A stretch of 64,000 nucleotides of DNA from the human T2T-CHM13v2.0 reference genome, Homo sapiens. The notes beneath the pieces were generated by a model. That model had not been told where the DNA came from. It did not search any database and worked only from the letters and a program-made list of their open reading frames with translations. The position numbers were made by a program, and so were the translations under genes. This document shows, one piece after another, positions 1 through 13,108 of the stretch. The DNA lies in the NCBI RefSeq assembly GCF_009914755.1, contig NC_060928.1, one strand, 5' to 3'. Every line of letters starts with the position of its first letter. Position 1 is the first letter of the stretch.

Positions 1-910
1 TGGCCCCACCCAAATCCTGCTGATTGGTAGAGCCCAGTGGTCTGTTTTGACAGGGCACTGATTGGTGCCTTTACAATCCCTGAGCTACACACAGAGGTTC
101 TCCAAGTCCCCACCAGAGTAGCTAGATACAGTGTCGATTGGTGCATTCACAAACCCTGAGCTAAACACAGGGTGCTGATTGGTGTGTTTACAAACCTTGA
201 GCTAGATCCAGACTGCCCATTGGTGTATTTACAATCCCTGACCCAGACATAAAGGTTCTCCAAGTTCCCACCAGACTCAGGAGCCCCGCTGGTTTCACCC
301 AGTGAATCTCACACTGGGGCTGCAGGTGGAGCTGCCTGCCAGTCCCACGCCCTGAGCCCACACTCCTCAGCCCTTGGGTGGTCGATGGGACTGGGCGCCA
401 CGGAGCAGGGGGTGGCGCTTGTTGGGGAGGCTCCGCTGCACAGGAGTCCACGGCGGGGGCGGGGGCTCAGGCATGGCGGGCTGCAGGTCCCGAGCCCTGC
501 CCCTCAGGAAGGCAGCTAAGGCCCGAGCGCAGCGCCGGTGGGCCGGCAGTGCTGGGGGACCCAGTACACCCTCCGCAGCCGCTGGCCTGGGTGTTAAGCC
601 CCTCATTGCCGGGGCCGGCAGGGCCCGCCGCTGCTCCGAGTGCGGGGTCCGCCAAGCCCACGCCCACCCGGAACCCCAGCTGGCCCACAAGCGCCCCGGG
701 CAGCCCCGGTTCCCGCTCGCGCCTCTCTCTCCACAACTCCCTGCGAGCTGAGGGAGCCGGCTCCGGCCTTGGCCAGCCCAGAAAGGGGCTTCCACAGTGC
801 AGCGGTGGGCTGAAGGGCTCCTCAAGTGCCAACAAAGTGGGAGCCCAGGCAGAGGAGGCGCCCAGAGCGAGCGAGGGCTGCGAGGACTGCCAGAATGCTG
901 TCACTTCTCA
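1..910 (-). mobile_element. LTR12C (ERV9 LTR), 5' portion, runs off the left edge of the window
   Basis: The minus strand starts TGAGAAGTGACAGCATTCTGGCAGTCCTCGCAGCCCTCGCTCGCTC, the LTR12C 5' end. A GC-rich U3 is followed by tandem CCAAT-containing repeats (ATTGG at about 23, 61, 138, 178, 219). It is colinear with the copy at 20261-21688. Confidence 0.95.
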
Positions 911-999
911 CCAGGTGATTTTAATACGCAGCTGTTTTGAAGATCACTGACCAACATAGAAAAAAACAAAATAATCAAAGTATAAATTATTATAAATAT

Positions 1000-2120
1000 T
1001 AAAATATTAGCAAGATGGCTCAGTTCATGTCATTAGCAATATGTAGTAGAATATATAATAGAATAGTGTATGTTTATATCAGAAGTTATACATTGAAAAT
1101 AAAAATTTCAATGGAAAACAAATATAATTTGCAAAATCCGGGAACTATAGAGTAATATGTTAAGTAACTATTACCTTGAGAAAAGAATATACTACAAGAC
1201 TTTAAACTGGGAAAAGTAATTACATTTTATTAAAAGACACAAATAAGACTATTTCTTACTTCTAGTTGAGATGGTCTGATAGTTTGTAAATGTCAGCTTC
1301 ACAGAAGTATCCCTTAAACTTACTGTAGTCCCAAACAAATTCTGTAGCTAGATTTAGAATTCACCCAAAAATTATTCTGAAGTTTTCTAAAACGTATTCT
1401 AAGAAAAATGTGGAGGAATAAAGTTCTCCGTAGCTAAGTCAACTTAGATGCAAAGTAGATAGTGTGGCAAAGAAACTGCCTAGCAGATAGTAAAATAAAT
1501 TATAAGACAACCTTAGTAAAATTTTGATGTTGATGTTGTAAGTCCAGGCAAGAAGACTAATGGTATAAAAACAGTTCAGAGATGTACACTTGTATATTTT
1601 GGAAATTTACGATTGTGTAGTAAATGTTGTTTTGAAACCTAGTTAATATAGGGAGAAAAATAAAACTGTGTATAAGTGGATTGCTGCTGGACTAAAAACT
1701 TAAATATAAGAGAGATAACTAGAAAGGTAATACAATTAAAAATAGGAGAAAAAGACCTTCAGGAGACAATGGTTTGTTTGCGTGGTATTTGATTAGCACC
1801 AAGCATAAGATAAGAATTGATTATATCAAAAGTGTAAACATTGACAAAGGTAACAGAGAGAAGGCCCATTGTGCAAAGATATTTAGAACATTTAAAATTC
1901 ACATGAGACTAATATCTAGAATTTATGATAAAATCCTATAACTCAATGAGGAAAAGTAAATAATAAGTGATGAAAAATTGGGTAAAGAACTTTAATAGAC
2001 AGCTCACAAAAGGAGAAAAGCGGTTGGCTAACCAGTAAGTAAAAGTTATACTTAAATTTATTAATGATCACAGAAATGCCAATTAAAATAGCATAAAAAA
2101 TTGCCAATGGCATTAATTCA
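1000..2120 (+). mobile_element. Ancient L1M (L1ME-like) ORF2 3' remnant
   Basis: Degenerate L1 ORF2 motifs, e.g. ctaatatctagaatttatgataaaatcctataactcaatgag and aaaaattgggtaaagaactttaatagacagctcacaaaaggagaa. Boundaries approximate. Confidence 0.65.
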
Positions 2121-4170
2121 CAGAACAAAAACAGAGCATTTAAGTAACACATGAAATTATGTCACTAACATAATATTTGTTAATCTTTACTAGGAATCAA
2201 AGTACTACCAGAGACACAGAGGCCCAGAATTAGTTTTGCAACTTGGTAAGAACACATAACCATTTTTTCCACTAAGAGAATATTAAGACATTTTTATTCA
2301 TATATTATGATAAAACTCTTATGAAATTCTTTCTGACAACTTTGTTTGGCTACTGTCTCTTAAGTTTTGAAAGTTTCATGGGAAATTTCACATGAAAATT
2401 GTTTTGCTGGGAACACCTTTTCATATTGTGAATTTTTTCTCTTGTCTCTTCCTTTAGCCTGTAGACATTATTTAGCTTTCTATTTAATTTTGTTGGTCTA
2501 CTTATTAATTGTTTCCTATTTTAGTCTACTGAATTCTGCTGTGAGAAATAATACTCATAAAATACTATTGTGAGAAAAGTACTCATAAAATATTATAATG
2601 AGAAAACTATTACCATGATTAGATTTTTCTCTATCATTCTTAGATGTCCAGTATCCAATCCTTTGCTGTCCAATATTTCTTCTTTCTCACAATCTGCTTA
2701 CCTACTTTCACTTTGTTTTCAGTCTTCTCCCTTTTTCTTGCTATTGTTTCCAGTAATGAGAATAGATACTGTGGGCTCTTAATATTAGATCGAGGTCAGA
2801 TACAGTATTTATCTCCCAGATTACGATATAATCATAGCAGTGACGTGAGCAGAATTGCAATGAGTGTACAGGACAATTTGTATAGTTCTGCAGCTATTAA
2901 TATTTCCTTTGCTGATGAGTTGCATTAAACATTAAATACACATTTTATTCTAATTTTTTGATTTTGGAAACATCTCAGTATTAACTATACATTAAATAAA
3001 ATTGTAGCCTGACTGTAAGAAATAATAAAAATATTACTAGAAGTTTCAATATCCCTTTAAAATGTCTCCTCATTCTAGAATAAAATGAATACCTGGTGAT
3101 TGCAGGATAACAACAGCAAGTCATACAAAATTATTCAATGAATTAAATTATTCAATTTAACCTAGTATTTTGACTTCTATCCTGGTCAATCAGTTTTCTC
3201 AGAATTTTCTGGCTATTAGTCAATAGTACAATATTTCTCTACAACAAAATGTTTTTATAAGTATTTATAATTAACAACATTGTTAATCAAATTGAGACAT
3301 TGTTAATCAAAGACAGTCAATCAAGCACAGTTGATCAGATCTAATGAAACACAAGAATGGAGAGAAATAAATATTAATGTCATCCTCTAAGCTCCTATAG
3401 GGGGCAAAAATGTCTCCAAAAGCAACATTCATGATTTAGGTCTCTAATCCCTAATAATACTATTTTCTTTTAATTGATTTTATTTTTATATTATTCAAAA
3501 ATATTGTATTATGTAACTGTTGGGGTGTGCAAGTGAATAAAAAATGCAATAATAAATAGGTCTCAGATTTCATTCCCTTTACTTATATCTCATTTGCTTA
3601 ATTATTTTGGTCTTCATAAATTTAAGAAGAGAACTTGGGTTATTTTCACTTAAATGTTTATATTAACAAGCTTTTATTCTAATCTTGATATTAATGTTCT
3701 TTTTCAGATGTTTCAATTCATTTAAATAATATATTATTTTGGTATTGATACTTTTAGTACTTTGCCAATAACCAAAGTTCTAAAAATTACTTTAATCTGT
3801 GTTCCTGATTGCTTTGCTCCTGTGATTTTCTGTTATCCTTGCTAATTCAAAGCAACTGTATTTTGTTTAGCACCATTGAACACATCATCTCTGCAAAAGT
3901 AGCTACAACTTCCAAAATTAGAGTCTGTGCCATACAGTAAAAGTCAAACTACCTAACCTTTCACAAACAACAAGAAATGTGAAAAGTCAGTGACACACTG
4001 GACAGAAGAAACAGTGAGACCAGCAGGCCATTTAATCTACATTATTCTCTCCAGGCTTTTAAAAATAATTATGCCATCATGTGCTTTTTGCTGCTATTAT
4101 GTCATAATTGTCTTACATCTCAAATCATTAATTAAAATGGATTTTAAGAGTAAGGAATTGGTTGATTTAG

Positions 4171-4565
<395 letters not shown>

Positions 4566-4959
4566 TTACATTGTTTCAGGAGTGAGCATGTAGTAGAAAA
4601 AATAGTACTATATGAGGATTCTAAAGCAATAAGGATGATTATATACTTTTATGAAGAAGTATACAATATGTAACTGAAGTATTTTCCAGAGAAAATAATT
4701 TTTATTTCCAACATATATATTCTGTAATTTAAAAAGAGAAATCATGAAGTACATTAGTTTCAAATTCATAAAAGAATATATTCCATTTCCACATTGACTT
4801 CAATTTTTCTTAATTTTAAGAAATATAAAATAAAAACGAATCACTATCAGGTAATGAAGTGAAACGTGCTTTGTTACTTACTGAAATCAAATAATGTAAC
4901 AATAACAAAAAATACAGATGCCTTTGAAATATCTAAAGTCACAATTTTACAGAGTTAAA

Positions 4960-6340
4960 TGTCATCTGGTGGGCTTACATTTCAGTAGTGTGACACAGAG
5001 AATAACAAAATATACAAGTAAAACAAATTATGTGTCGGATGGTAAGTGCTATGAAGAAAAAACACAAATGGAGCAAACTGCTATTTGAAATAGGGTAGCA
5101 AAGAAAGTCTTTACTAACTCAAATGTCATTTGAGTAAAGATCTAGAGAAGGTAAGTATCAAGCCAAATAGATATTCTGGGTAGGAGAATTCCAGGTAAAG
5201 GAAGAATGGGTCAGCTGGATACCTGCTGTGATTCCAGAACAGCAGGGAGTTGGGTTAGGCTCAAGTGTCTATTAGTAGATGGTTAAGTCGAAAAGGTGTT
5301 TATGGTGGTGGTAGTGAAAATAGTAATCTTGTATTCCCTTATATACTACTCTAAAGTCTTTTATATTTACTCCAATTGAAATGAGACCCACTGGAGGGTT
5401 TTATGTCTTTAGTCATAATCAACAGTGTTATATCACTGCTGTGGCAGAGCAAAGTGTGGGCAGAGACAGAAAAACTAGCTACTAAGTATTTACAAATATG
5501 TATGAGGCAGATATTGGTGGTTTGGGCAAGAGGAGTAGAAGTGGAGGTGACAAAGATTCGAAGGATTCTGGCTACCTTTTGAAGAAAACACTAACAGGTT
5601 TTCCGGAAATTGCAAATGAGGTGGAAAGAAAAAGAGATATTGAGAGCCACCCAAGCTTCTAGCTTGAGAAACTGAGAGGATGAGATTGCCTTTAATGAAA
5701 TGGAGAGATTATGGGAGGAAACAGTTTTGGTAGGGGGAGGAGGGCATTTAGTGATTGAAAGTTAAGTTTTAGAAATTTTAACTTTCAAATGCTTGCAAGA
5801 TATCAAAGTAGAAACCCTGGGCAGGTGAATATAAATCTAGAGTTCAGGAGAGAATTCTGGAGTGGAGACATAAACGTGAAAGTCATTCAGATAAAATACA
5901 ATTTAAAATGGTAACACTGGATGATATCACCAAAGAATTGAATAAAGGTGGAAAAGAGAAAAAATTAAAGGACTAATTGCTGAGATAGTCCAATACTGGA
6001 GATGAGGTGAAGCCACTGAAAGAAATTGAGAAGGGACAGGTAGATTGGAGAAAAAGAAAACTGGTACAATGTGGATTTGGAAGCCAAGCAGGCAGTGTTT
6101 CAAAGCTCAAGAAGTGTCAAATGTTGCTAATAGATCAAAGAGGAGGGGACTGAAAAATGGCAGTTAAATTTGGCAGAGTGAAAATAATGAATTACCTTTT
6201 CAGGGACTGGTGGGGTAAAGGTCATATCAGAATGATTTCATGGAAATACACTGGAAACAGGAAACTGAGAAGGTTGTGGGGGTTGGCTACAAAGAGAAGA
6301 TGTGATATGGTACAGAAGACAGAGAAAGAAGTGGAATTAA
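4960..6340 (-). mobile_element. L2 (L2a-like) fragment
   Basis: Typical antisense L2 motifs: gtaagtgctatgaagaaaaa, gtcatttgagtaaagatctagag, tctagagttcaggagagaattctggagtggagacataaa, gtgtcaaatgttgctaatagatcaa. Confidence 0.75.
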
Positions 6341-7139
6341 AATAAAAATGACTCAAATTACTGTGAATCTCAGCATTTCATCCTAGTAAATCAGAGTTCC
6401 CAAACCTTAATTAGAGTACAGCATATCAGAATTAAATTAAGATGTGCGAACCATTATTTGATTTATTTGTATTTTCCTTTATTGGCAAGGACTTCAACTT
6501 TTAATAACTGAGGTATTTTTAATTGTATGTTATTTTTCAGTATGTTCTTAAGGATATTTTTAAAACTAGATCAGTAACTCATACAATTAGCTATTAAATA
6601 AAAGCACAGATTGGGTAGCACTGGCTCTATTTCTCCCAGGTATTTTGCAGAAGAAACTGTAGCAATACGTATACATATCCATGACAGTGTTTCCCTGGAT
6701 TGCCTAAAACATGTTTTTCACTCATTCACAATGGTCTTTACAAGCAAACCATCTTTAAAGTTTTACACTTGATATAAATATAGTAAGGTAAAAGCAATAT
6801 AAAAAGTAGAAATAGTGACATGAGTTTCTTTACATCAAAGGGATGGTTTTGGCTAGTCAAGTTTCATATGCATCAAATTACACAATTTCACAGAGTTTTG
6901 TTCAGACATGTAAAGAAGTGATGATGATCAAATGAAAACTACATTTATTTTCACTTCATGTGCATCCCTTGGTTTGGCCATGAGAGTGTTATTGCAAATC
7001 AAAATAAAATATAAACAAAACCACATATCTTCATAGGTTTATATTTTATCATCCAAAAGAAGAGGTGAGAGCAAGTGCTCTCATCAAACATTCTAGTGAA
7101 TGAAAGTGAAAAATAAAAGATTTCAGAAAAACTTTTAAA

Positions 7140-7495
7140 AAAATTGATAGACAAAATTATTTGTACTTATTAGGTATAACATGATGCTTTGTTGTATGAA
7201 TTGTGCGTTGAAGTGTGTGTGTGTATACATATGTATATATGTATACACACACATAATATATGTATGTGTAGATATGTATATATATATGAAGTATATATAT
7301 ACATATGTGCATATACAGGTATGTTTATATGGATTTCATATATAAAATATGTAAAAATTTATAAAATATACAAAAATGTGGTATCCATATATAAATATAT
7401 ATATAGTGGAATAATTAAATCTAGCTTATTAACAAATGCATTACCTCCTTTGTGATGAGAAAACTTAATATCTGTTCTCTGCAGTTTTCAAGAAT
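7140..7495 (-). mobile_element. L1MA 3' end containing an expanded (TG/TA)n tract
   Basis: aattgatagacaaaattatttgtacttattaggtataacatgatg...gtggaataattaaatctagcttattaacaaatgcattacctc matches the antisense L1MA 3' terminus. The microsatellite lies at about 7213-7405. Confidence 0.65.
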
Positions 7496-8338
7496 ATTTG
7501 ATGGCAGGAATAGACACTTTCAGTTCTATACTCAGTTTTATTTCATGTTTCAGCACAAGCTTGAATAAAGTTCAGGTAAAATGTTATTATTTAAAATTGT
7601 TTACATGCCCCCACATGAACTAAATTTTTAACATTTCTAAGTAGTGTGAAAATAGTCTCCTGCTGCTTTGCTTTAACAGCATAAATAGCCTCCAAATAAT
7701 ACATGATCTTTAGGAAAACATTATGAGTTTATCTAATATACTTGCAGGTGAACACATTTCTAAATGTGGTGGGTGTTATGTTTTTCCCCAAATATTTAAG
7801 CAGTTGACATAGTGTTAAAATATTATTAGTTATGAATAAATCAAGGTCTTATTAAGAAAAATATAAATCTCAATATTTAAGAACAACATATGCAGAATTA
7901 TGAATTCAGTGAAATTGTTTTCAGTTCAATTGAAAATGCTTATCAAAAATTTTATTATTCACTGTGACATACATAGACATTGCTTTGGAAGAAAGATAAG
8001 AAGAAAAGAGATAACTTTTCTCAAGGTGGTCAACATCTATGAGTGATATCTTATTAACAAAAAAGGTATTTGATAATAAGAATAATAACATATTTATCAG
8101 TCTGAAAAGTTAAAGAGGACTTCAGAAAGGAGATTATAATTTAGCTGCATCTTAGTACTTTAAAATAAAAGAACTGGTTTTATATGCATGATCTCACTGT
8201 ACAAGCATGTTCCCTTCTCAACTCACACTAGTAGAGTTTTCTTTTCAGCCCTTTCATTGAAAGGACTATGGTCAAGGTCACAAAGAAGGAACTGATGAAA
8301 AATTTTAATTGTGACTCATGAACTCTGAGCAATACACA

Positions 8339-8699
8339 TGTATCAGTATGTTCTCACACTGCTATAAAGAAATATCTGAGACTGGATAATTTATAAAGGA
8401 AAGAGATTTCTTTGACTCACAGTTCCACATGGCTTGGGAGGCCTCAGGAAACTTACTCTCACGGCAAAAGGGGGAGCAGGAATGTATTACATGGTGGCAG
8501 GAGGGAGTGAGAGCATGTAAAGGGGGAAGAGCACCTTATAAAACCATCAGATCTCATGAGAACTCACTTATTATCATGAGAACACCACGGGGAAAACCGC
8601 CCCCATGATCCAATCACCTCCCACCGGGTCCCTCCTCAACACCTGAGGATTATAATTTGAGATGAGATTTGAATGGGGACACAAAGCCAAATTATATCA
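8339..8699 (-). mobile_element. MaLR solo LTR (THE1D/MSTA type)
   Basis: TG...CA ends and core gactcacagttccacatggcttgggaggcctcaggaaactta...cccccatgatccaatcacctcccacc. The 5-bp TSD is acaca/acacg (one mismatch). Confidence 0.9.
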
Positions 8700-8754
8700 A
8701 CACGGAACAAGTTGACCACCTTTTTCTTCTTAAAATCTTCTCTCTTTACAAACA

Positions 8755-9820
8755 AGCTTATTGCTTCTGGGCTACAGATCTGTACAGTATGTTACAGTAC
8801 TGAATACAGAGGCCAATTATAACACAATGGTAAATATTTGTGTATCTAAACATACTTAAACATTAAAAAGGTACAATGAAAATTTGGTATGAAAGATTTA
8901 AAACTGGTACACCTGTATAGGGCAGTGACCATGAATGGAGTTTTCAGAACTGGAAGGTGCTTTGTATGAGTCAGTGAGTGAGTGGTGAGTGAATTTGAAG
9001 GCCTAAGAAATTTCTATATACTAATTTAGATGCTGTAAACACCATAAATCTAGGCAACACTAAATTTATATAAAAATTTTTATTTCTTTAGTAATAAATT
9101 AACTACCTTACTGTTACTTTTCTACTCTAAAAACATTTAATTTTTTTAACTTTTTGAATTTTTTGTAGTAACACTTAGCTTAAAACACAAACACATTTTA
9201 TAGCTATACAAAAGTACATTTTTATATCTTTATAAACATTTTTCTATTAAAATTTATTTTTACTAGTTTTTTACTTTATAACTTTTTTCTAAATATGAAG
9301 ACACAAACACACATTAGCCTAGGTGTACACAGAGTCAAAGTCATCAATATCTCTGTCTTCCTCCTCCACATCTTGTTCCACTGAAAAGTCTTCAGGGGCA
9401 ATAACACACATGGAGCTGTCATCTCCTAGGAAAACGCCTTCTGGAGTACCTCTAAAGGATCTGCCTGAGGCTGTTTTACATTTACTATTTTTTCTATAAG
9501 TAAAAGAATTACACACAAAAATTGCAATAAAAGTATAGTGCAGTAAATACATAAATGGTAAAATAGTTTATTATCACTACCAAGTATTAGGTACTGTACA
9601 TAATTGTATGCACTATGCTTTTTTATATGGCTGGCAGCTCAGTAGGTTTGTTTACAAAATCATCACCATGAATACGTAAGTAATGCAATACACTAAGACT
9701 TTAAGACGGCTATGACATCACTAGGCAATAGTAATTTTTCAGCTCCATTATAATCTTATGGGGCCACCATTGTGTATGTCAGTCATTGACTGAAATGGTG
9801 TTATACAGAACATGTGACAC
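8755..9820 (-). mobile_element. Tigger3b (MER7-family TcMar-Tigger non-autonomous DNA transposon), left terminus missing
   Basis: aatttttcagctccattataatcttatggggccacc near the terminus and ttgcttctgggctacagatctgtacagtatgttacagtactgaata match Tigger3. The acidic ORF at 9319-9552 is a transposase C-terminal remnant. Confidence 0.85.
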
Positions 9821-9924
9821 AGTCTCTCTCTCCATATATGTATACATACTATAAACACATTTTATATTTATTGCATTTTTTTAAATTATTTGTTCCTGAG
9901 TAGGATTGGCCCTTGGTATCCTTT

Positions 9925-10205
9925 GCTTTTTTTTCTTCAACTTTTATTTTACATTCCAGGGTACATGTGCAGGATGTGCAGGTTTGTTACATAGGTAAAA
10001 GTGTGCCATGGTGGTTTGCTGCACAGACCAATCCATCACCTACGTATTAAACCCAGCATCCATTAGCTATTCTTCCTGATGCTCTCCCTCCCCTCACAAC
10101 CCCCTGACAGGCCCCAGTGTGTGTTGTTCCCTCCGACATGTGTCCATGTGTTCTCATCATTCAGCTCCCCCTTATAAGTGAGACCATGCAATGTTTGGTT
10201 TTCTG
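9925..10205 (-). mobile_element. L1PA (about L1PA10-12) 3' end, 5'-truncated
   Basis: gggtacatgtgcaggatgtgcaggtttgttacataggtaaa...ttagctattcttcctgatgctctccctcccc matches the L1PA 3'UTR. Confidence 0.85.
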
Positions 10206-10269
10206 AAGTTTACGTAAGGCTTGTACAATGTATCAAGGAATGTTTCCTTTCTTTTTCTTTCTATGGCTT

Positions 10270-12030
10270 CATTTTGTTGAAGAGCAGTTTTAGGTTTACA
10301 GCAAACTTAAGAGAAATGTAGAGATATTTCATATATAACAGCTGTCTCCCCACACACATAGCTTTCTTCATTATCAACATCCCCAACCACAGTGGTACAT
10401 TTGTTAAAATTGATGAGCAATTTTAACATCATTACCAAAGTTATGTTTAATTGATGAACATTGACACATCATAACCCAAGTCCATAGTTTACGCAGCACC
10501 AGGAGTGCACTATAATGTATTCTATGGGTATGGACAAATGTATAATGGCATGTGTCCATCATTAGAATATCATTCAGAATATTTTTACTACCCTGAAAAT
10601 CCTCTGTACTTTGCCTATTTATTTTTCCCTTCCTAACTCCTGACAATCACTGAATGTTTTACTGTCTCTATGGTTTTGTCTTTTCCAGAATATCATATAG
10701 TTGAAATCATATAGTATGTAGCCTCTTCAGATTGGCTTCTTTCACTTAATTATATGCATGTAAGTTTTCTCCATGTATTTGCATGGCTTGTTAGCTCTTT
10801 TTTTTTTTTCAATCAGAATCACAGCCTCAGCTCATTTATTTTTTCTACTGAACAATATTCTGTTTTCTAAATGCATCACAATTTATTTATTCATTCACCT
10901 ACTGAAGGACTTCTTGCTTGCTTCAAAGCTTTGGAAATTATAAATAAAACTGCTTTCAATATCAGTGTACATGTTTTTGTATGGACTGTTTTCAATGCCT
11001 TTGGATATATATTAAGGTACATTATTGCTGGATCGTATGGTAAGGACATGCTTCATTTTTTCAGAAACTGCCAAATTGTCTTCCAAAGTGGCTGTACCAT
11101 TTTGCATTTTTGCCAGCAATGAATGAAAGTTTCTGGTGCTCCACATCCTCTCCAGCATTTGGTGTAGCCAGTCTTTTGAATATCGACTATTCTAATAAAT
11201 GTGTAGTGGCATCTTGTTTTATTAGCATTTCCTTGATTACCTATGATGTGAAACATCTTTCTATATAATTATTTGCCATCTGTAAATAGTTTTCTCTGAT
11301 TTCATAAATATTAAGACTTCTTAAAACTTTAAAAAATTTTTAATTTGATGGGTACATAATAGTTGTACATATTTATTGAGTACATGTGATATTTTGATAC
11401 ATGCATAGAATGTGTTGTGATCAAATCTGGATAATTGGGATATCTATCACCTCAAGCATTTATCATTCTTTCTGGGTATAAATCTAAAAGAAAAGAAATC
11501 AGTATATTAAAAAGATGTCTGTGATCCCATTTTTTTTGCAGCACCATTAACAATTGTCACAACATGGAATTAATTAAATTGTCTGTCCATCAAGGGATGA
11601 ATGGATAAAGAAAATATGGTACATGTATACAATGGAATATTATACAGCCATGAAAATGAATGAAATTCTGTCATTTGCAATGTAAATGGAACCAGAGAAA
11701 TGTCTGTTAAGTGAAATAAGCCAGGCACAGAATGACAGATATCAAATGTTCTCCCTGATATTTGGGAGCTAAAAAATTATTTTGAAGTCATTTGTATATC
11801 TGTATTTGATGAGGTGTCTATTAAGGTCCTTTGCCCATTTTTTACTCAGTTTTTTTTTATTATTGAGTTTCTTAAGTCCCTCGTATATTTTGGGTAATAG
11901 TCTTTTACCAGATGTGTCCTTTACAAATATTTTCTTTCAGTCAGTAGCTTGTTTTCTCATTTTTGGACCATTATCATTTGCAGAGCAGAAGGTTTAAATT
12001 TGAATTAAAGATAACTTATCAATTACATTT
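10270..12030 (-). mobile_element. L1MC1-like 3'UTR/ORF2 end, interrupted by nested insertions
   Basis: agagcagttttaggtttacagcaaa...cagtggtacatttgttaaaattgatga...gtccatagtttac. The ORF at 11053-11256 resembles the ORF2p C-terminus (CWRGCG...WKTIW). The host resumes at about 11790. Confidence 0.8.
11330..11790 (-). mobile_element. L1MA insertion with 5' inversion, nested in L1MC1
   Basis: 11330-11471 is an antisense L1MA 3' terminus. 11472-11790 is sense-strand upstream L1MA sequence (ctgggtataaatctaaaag...gtgaaataagccaggcacag...gggagctaaaaa). Confidence 0.75.
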
Positions 12031-12334
12031 CATTCATTTTCATTTTCAGAGGTTTATATAATGTTAGAATTCTCAGATATATTTGTTGATAATATATTTG
12101 CTAAAAGTGTCCTGTCAAATATATTTCCACTGTGGAAAAATTTAAATAATGAATAATTTTTTGAAGGCTATATGGGTATACTAATGTTCTATATTTTGTT
12201 AAAAGTAAGATATTTTGTAGACTTTTGTTCATATACCTAATTTCAAACTTACTGGCATCTCTATTGTTTTTAATTCAAATATCAGTCTTTCTACTTACTT
12301 TTCTGTTTGCTAGGAATTCTATTTCCCTAGATTT

Positions 12335-12596
12335 TATGATTTAGGCCTCAAATCAAATGTAATCTCAAAGAAGCCTTCCTTGACTATGCTATATTACTAT
12401 GTTACAGACATTCATTTTATTTCTGCATTATTAATTTAACTGCTTAGAGAAATTATCTCAGTTGTTTACTTTGTTATTAGAATTTTAGCTCCATGAGAGC
12501 AGGAATGTAGTCTGTCTCATTTATCACTGTATTCTCAATCCCTAGTACAGTGTCTAGAGTATAGTATGCCATATGTATTTTCTGAATAAATGAATC
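12335..12596 (+). mobile_element. L2 3' end
   Basis: agctccatgagagcaggaatgtagtctgtctcatttatcactgtattctcaatccctagtacagtgtct...tgaataaatgaat is the canonical L2 tail. Confidence 0.8.
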
Positions 12597-12607
12597 GTAC
12601 TTACTAT

Positions 12608-13108
12608 TGTTAGGAGACAATCTTCCATAGTTCTTTAACATTTCTGCATAGTGTACAGTGAGGCATTGGCCCCATTTTATTCTGGATGTCTTTTCAAGAT
12701 TGTCTGAGTAATGAACAGTCTTTGAAGATAGATCTAATATTTTCCTCTGGAGCAAAGGGAAACATGCTTTCTAGTATAATAAAGATAATTTCTATCTCCC
12801 AAGTACAGGATAGGAATGTGGATTACCCATTATAAAATATTTGCTTTCTATATGCTCACAATTCCTTTCCCAAAACACAATCCACTGTGTGTGCACACAT
12901 CCATCTACTTTGTCCTTGTGGGATTTGGGAATAAAGGATATTGGCACAAATTTGTCCATGCTAATGATGCTTGCTGTACTGTGTGTAATGTAGTCCACTG
13001 TCTTTGACCCAGAAGTCTCATAGCTTCTCCAAGCATTCATGGAACTGTGGAAGGCTAACTTGTTATCTTGTTATAGAGTTAAATCTCAAATCTCAACATT
13101 TCCTCACA
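12608..13108 (+). mobile_element. LTR40-type (ERVL) solo LTR
   Basis: Begins tgttaggagacaatcttccat, contains tcttttcaagattgt...gaagatagat...cctctggagcaaaggg and gacccagaagtctcat, and ends ...caca. No clean TSD. Confidence 0.75.

Noticed and set aside
188-950. Overlapping 87-190 aa GC-rich ORFs, and similar ones at 21004-21704
   Set aside because: They lie within LTR12C U3. High GC content leaves several frames open on both strands, and near-identical peptides recur in both LTR copies.
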